Origin: a bacterium
Lineage (GTDB): Bacteria; Patescibacteriota; Microgenomatia; Woykebacterales; RBG-16-39-9b
Length of the DNA stretch: 64,000 nucleotides
Assembly (NCBI GenBank): GCA_030704665.1
Contig: JAUYID010000009.1
Location: 662,462-726,461 of the forward strand
Reading direction: 5' to 3'
Shown: positions 62,268-64,000 of the stretch, one piece after another
Layout of the letters: the number at the start of each line of letters is the position of its first letter
Numbering within the stretch: the first letter of the stretch is position 1
Program-made: the position numbers and the translations under genes
Notes under the pieces: model-generated
The model's input: the letters and a program-made list of their open reading frames with translations, nothing else
The model's database searches: none
Told to the model about the DNA's origin: nothing

Positions 62268-63914
62268 CTAAAAATGGTCTCTGACGTGCTGGAGTGAGTA
62301 TTCCATTGAGGCATCAGTTTTTTTGTGCGGGTTGAAAATGTTCTCGGGATCAAAAATATTTTTCACCTCTTTGAAAAAGTTGAACATTTTCTCTCCATAC
62401 ATTTTTTGCAAATATGGTCCTCTTATCAAACCATCGTTGTGTTCGGCCGAAATAGAGCCTTTGTATTCAAGAACAAGATCGTAAACTTCATTTGCGACAA
62501 TGGGAATTTTTTCTTTTTCGCCAGCTAGAGCTAGGTTCATCAGGGGGATAACGTGAAAATTTCCATCTCCCATGTGTCCGGCAATAGTATAGAGGAGCTG
62601 GTATTTATCCAAAATCGCCGTCAGGCGTGGAAAGAATTCCAGCAAATGCTCCGGAGAAACAATGAAATCATCAATAAAAGGAGCGGTGTGTTTGTCTTTA
62701 ATATTTTTTCTCAAAAGGTTGAAGCTTTCCCGCCGTATCACCCAATATTTTTCGGCTTTGCTTTTTGTATTTGCTTTACTTGTTTTGATATTGAAATGTT
62801 TGATCTGTTGGTGGAGTTCCTCAAGCTTTTGGTCGACTTCATCTTGAGTTTCACCACCGTACTCAACTAAAAGAGTAAATTTGGGGATTCCCTCAGTTGC
62901 AAACATCAAAAGCTGGGGCAGAAAATTCAGGCCCATTTCTATGGTTCCTTTTAGCCCCAGAATTTGGACGAATTTGGGAATAAATTTCAATGCTAGTTTC
63001 ATTGTATGGTCATCAAAAGCTTCAAAACTTTCTGGTTTTGTCGGAACAACCGCATGGACCAGCTCTGGAAGTTTGTGTAAATCTTCAACATAGATGACCA
63101 AAAGCCCGGAATATTTTCTGATTGGGATCAGTTTTAACTTCGCTTCGGTTACCAAGCCCAGAGTACCCTGTGAGCCGACGAAAAGTTTGCTGAGATCAAA
63201 AACACCTTTCTCCCGATCCCAAACATCCCAAAGATTGTAGGCAGTAGAGTTTTTGCTGACCTTGGGTTTAGCAGCTTTGATCGTCTCGTAATTTTCCTCG
63301 ACAATCCGGTAGATCTGGCGGTAGAATTCCCCTTCAAAATTCTCCGCTTTGAGTTTTTCGTCCAATTGTTGTCTGTTGAGCGCTTCCAGGCTGTACTCAT
63401 TGCCGTCACGGAGAATCACTTTTAACCCTTCCACATAGTCAATCGTTTTTCCATGAATCAGGGTTTTTTCTCCGCCTGAATTGTTGTTGATCATCCCACC
63501 CAAAGCGCAAATGTTCTTTGAGGCTGGATAGCTAGGCAGATAAAGCCCTCGCTTTAGTGTCTCTTTTTCAAAATCACGGTAAAAGACCCCTGGTTGGGCT
63601 GTTATTGTTTCCTCTTCAAAATTCTTGATCTGGTTGAAATGTTTTGTAAAATCAACAATGATTGAATCGTTGATTGCCCCACCACCCATATCAGTTCCAC
63701 CAGAACGGGCGGTCAAGGAAATGGTTGGATCCTCCTGCTTTTTCTTGACAATATACTGAACTAACCTTTCAACGTCTTCGCTATCTTTGGGATAAACAAC
63801 TACTTTGGGTTTTATTTCAAAAAGGCTGGTGTCATGGCTGTAAAAACTGAGGGTTTGCGGGTCACTTAAAACCTCACCTTTAATAACTTCTTTAAGGTCT
63901 TCAAATAAGCTCAT
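62268..63914 (-). CDS. FAD-linked oxidase (FAD-binding PCMH type; GlcD/D-lactate dehydrogenase-like)
   Basis: 548 aa. N-terminal FAD_binding_4-type region (ISLTARSGGTDMGGGAIN) and a C-terminal oxidase domain. Confidence 0.75.
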   Translation of the reverse strand: MSLFEDLKEVIKGEVLSDPQTLSFYSHDTSLFEIKPKVVVYPKDSEDVERLVQYIVKKKQEDPTISLTARSGGTDMGGGAINDSIIVDFTKHFNQIKNFEEETITAQPGVFYRDFEKETLKRGLYLPSYPASKNICALGGMINNNSGGEKTLIHGKTIDYVEGLKVILRDGNEYSLEALNRQQLDEKLKAENFEGEFYRQIYRIVEENYETIKAAKPKVSKNSTAYNLWDVWDREKGVFDLSKLFVGSQGTLGLVTEAKLKLIPIRKYSGLLVIYVEDLHKLPELVHAVVPTKPESFEAFDDHTMKLALKFIPKFVQILGLKGTIEMGLNFLPQLLMFATEGIPKFTLLVEYGGETQDEVDQKLEELHQQIKHFNIKTSKANTKSKAEKYWVIRRESFNLLRKNIKDKHTAPFIDDFIVSPEHLLEFFPRLTAILDKYQLLYTIAGHMGDGNFHVIPLMNLALAGEKEKIPIVANEVYDLVLEYKGSISAEHNDGLIRGPYLQKMYGEKMFNFFKEVKNIFDPENIFNPHKKTDASMEYSLQHVRDHF

Positions 63915-64000
63915 TACTACCCCCTAATTTTGGAAAAGTATTCATTTAGAACAGGTTTACTTGATAAAACTGCTACTTTATCTATTTTAATGGTTTTTAC

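Overview
This 64-kb window looks like an AT-rich (about 40% GC) bacterial chromosome segment with mostly weak Shine-Dalgarno (SD) sites. Gene content (a reduced dcw cluster, an alpha2-type glyQS, secA with a zinc-finger tail) fits a small-genome, possibly Patescibacteria/CPR-like organism; that placement is inference only. Main blocks, in order:
- 1-8.4 kb, minus strand: a condensed division/cell-wall operon, mraZ-rsmH-ftsL-ftsI-murE-(GlmU-N-like nucleotidyltransferase)-murC-murB-murA. The matching GlmU-C-like hexapeptide acetyltransferase sits just upstream, divergent from mraZ.
- 9.3-13.1 kb: sucC-like, HAD hydrolase, sucD-like, a membrane protein and a short (255 aa) citrate-synthase-family protein. 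This may be a split citryl-CoA synthetase/lyase (ATP-citrate-lyase-like) module.
- 13.2-13.8 kb: a GC-rich single gene (zinc ribbon plus receiver domain).
- 13.8-16.7 kb: glyQS, a DUF95 membrane protein, recO.
- 16.7-53 kb: a very large surface-glycan cluster. It carries an initiating sugar transferase, manC, several GT4 glycosyltransferases, a Wzy-like polymerase, a Wzx flippase, and a WbpA/B/E/D/I-type UDP-diacetamido-uronic acid pathway. It also has a PglF-like dehydratase, acetyltransferases, a methyltransferase, tandem sulfatase-like membrane paralogs, glmS, yvcK, a GalE-like epimerase and a DPM1-like GT2. It is interrupted at 21.2-23.8 kb by a GC-rich islet of small ORFs with strong SD sites.
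- 52.10-52.15 kb: a telomere-like CCCCTAA heptamer tract.
- 54.3-57.0 kb: secA. It is followed by two modules, each bounded by a degenerate direct repeat of the secA 3' terminus. Module 1 is a MarR regulator plus a membrane protein. Module 2 is a csc/WxL-like set of secreted and membrane-anchored surface proteins.
- 62.3-63.9 kb: an FAD-linked oxidase (convergent).

I found no rRNA, tRNA or CRISPR array by eye.
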